Assembly: GCF_000195855.1 (NCBI RefSeq)
Contig: NC_002677.1
Location: 600,001 to 632,000, forward strand
Direction of reading: 5' to 3'
DNA length: 32,000 bases
Origin: Mycobacterium leprae TN
Lineage (GTDB): Bacteria; Actinomycetota; Actinomycetes; Mycobacteriales; Mycobacteriaceae
The notes under the pieces were generated by a model. It made no database searches, was not told the origin of the DNA, and saw only the letters and a list, made by a program, of their open reading frames with translations. How positions within the stretch are numbered: the stretch's first letter is position 1; each line of letters begins with the position of its first letter. Positions 31,096 through 32,000 of the stretch are shown here, in pieces. Position numbers and translations under genes: made by a program.

Positions 31096-31139
31096 TTTCG
31101 GGATATCACGCGTCTCCTTATTTCGGGATATCATGCGTC
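31096..31139. repeat. Direct repeat tttcgggatatca(c/t)gcgtc x2 (19 nt, 18/19 identical, 25-bp period) in the convergent aroQ / membrane-protein intergenic region
   Basis: Copies at 31096-31114 and 31121-31139 were read directly. Each contains the palindromic core gatatc. Confidence 0.9.
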
Positions 31140-31178
31140 GCGGTGGCGTAGGTGCGGATCATCTCGATGGGAGTGTCG

Positions 31179-31787
31179 TCACGCTCGCTGGTGGTAGATT
31201 ATCTCGGTGGGTGCCTCGCTTTCGGCTGTGGCAACTGCCGCGGTCTGTTCCTTAGTTTGCGCCGCGGAGAGCTCTCCGGTCGGTGTGTCGTCGTCGGTGC
31301 AGACAGCTGCGAAGACATTACTGTCAGCTCGGTTTTGTCCGGATCTACTATGCTCGGGTACTGGCGGGCTCCTGCGGTCAACACGCCAACGACCACATGC
31401 CACACCGATGATCCCAGTTAGAAAAACAATCAGAGCGGTGAACGCAGAGAACGTGGTTAACTCACTTACCAGCCCTCCAGTATAGATACCATTATACAAC
31501 AGCGAAATGACCCAGGCCACCGCGTCGCTGAGGACTCCCACTAGGATGCCGGTTAGCAGCCAGGTCATCGCCAGATCCCGGCGTCGGTCCGGATCCGGGT
31601 TCGCGATGGCGTCGGCACGGCCGTCGCGCGCCGCCCACACAACCACCGCGATGATGAACACGGCCAGCAGTACCACGCTGATTAACACTGACTGCGCTTG
31701 CCACACGTTGATCATCGTCCCCTGCATCAGGCGGACAACGATCATCAGGGCGGCAAACACCAAACCGCGCAGCATCCAGTTATTCAT
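31179..31787 (-). CDS. Conserved integral membrane protein (about 4 TM segments) with a hydrophilic C-terminal tail
   Basis: Intact 202-aa ORF. Its hydrophobic segments are LVFAALMIVVRL, VLISVVLLAVFIIAVVVWA, MTWLLTGILVGVLSDAVAWVISLL and FSAFTALIVFLTGIIGVA. A divergent membrane gene sits at this position next to pepQ in M. tuberculosis (from memory). Confidence 0.7.
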   Translation of the reverse strand: MNNWMLRGLVFAALMIVVRLMQGTMINVWQAQSVLISVVLLAVFIIAVVVWAARDGRADAIANPDPDRRRDLAMTWLLTGILVGVLSDAVAWVISLLYNGIYTGGLVSELTTFSAFTALIVFLTGIIGVACGRWRVDRRSPPVPEHSRSGQNRADSNVFAAVCTDDDTPTGELSAAQTKEQTAAVATAESEAPTEIIYHQRA

Positions 31788-31820
31788 GAGTCCTCAGCGT
31801 AGCGAGTAGCGTCAACAGCT

Positions 31821-32000
31821 ATGACACATTCCCAGCGTCGAGACAATCTCAAGTCACAAATCGCGACCACCGGGCTGGACGCGATGCTGGTGACGTGCCT
31901 GATCAATGTGCGCTACCTGTCAGGTTTCACTGGATCGAACGGTGCTTTGCTGGTGTTCGCCGACGAACGCGGCGCTGTGCTCGCCACCGACGGCCGTTAC
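31821..32000 (+). CDS. pepQ: Xaa-Pro dipeptidase / aminopeptidase P family, N-terminal 60 codons (continues beyond the window)
   Basis: From ATG 31821 the sequence reads MTHSQRRDNLKSQIATTGLDAMLVTCLINVRYLSGFTGSNGALLVFADERGAVLATDGRY, a typical creatinase/prolidase N-terminal domain. The frame is open to the window end. Confidence 0.85.
   Translation, partial: MTHSQRRDNLKSQIATTGLDAMLVTCLINVRYLSGFTGSNGALLVFADERGAVLATDGRY

Overview
This is a high-GC actinobacterial chromosome segment. Its intact genes follow the order I recall for the Mycobacterium tuberculosis hisS - aspS - alaS - shikimate (aro) region (roughly Rv2580c down to Rv2535c, from memory and not verifiable here). Almost everything between the housekeeping genes is riddled with frameshifts and stop codons. 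That pattern, plus PE/PPE relics, points to Mycobacterium leprae or M. lepromatosis (inference). Fourteen ORFs look intact: hisS (5' partial), aspS, a transglutaminase-like gene, rarA, alaS, ruvX/yqgF, mltG, aroE, aroC, aroK, aroB, aroQ, a membrane protein on the minus strand, and pepQ (3' partial). I could assign about 20 gene relics by reading conserved peptide motifs across frames. They are: PE, an Rv2578c-type radical SAM gene, a purple-acid-phosphatase-like esterase, a YpfJ-type Zn peptidase, a ketopantoate-reductase-like gene, a DDN-type F420 nitroreductase, a MaoC-like dehydratase, a PE/PPE pair, IS21-like and IS110-like elements, a YjbR-like gene, a fused ATP-grasp/alpha-E gene, a zinc-ribbon metallopeptidase, a methyltransferase-like gene and a YjbQ stub. 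The most interesting locus is a poorly characterised four-part cassette (ATP-grasp + alpha-E, transglutaminase, Zn-ribbon peptidase; 15091-19477) in which only the transglutaminase-like ORF survives, with its Cys-His-Asp triad intact. Other second-look items are two perfect palindromes that seem to be inverted copies of coding sequence, an IS graveyard that breaks synteny, an extremely AT-shifted PE/PPE relic, and tight deletion junctions. I found no rRNA, tRNA or CRISPR array, and I see no evidence for a complete novel multi-gene system. Pseudogene boundaries are approximate.
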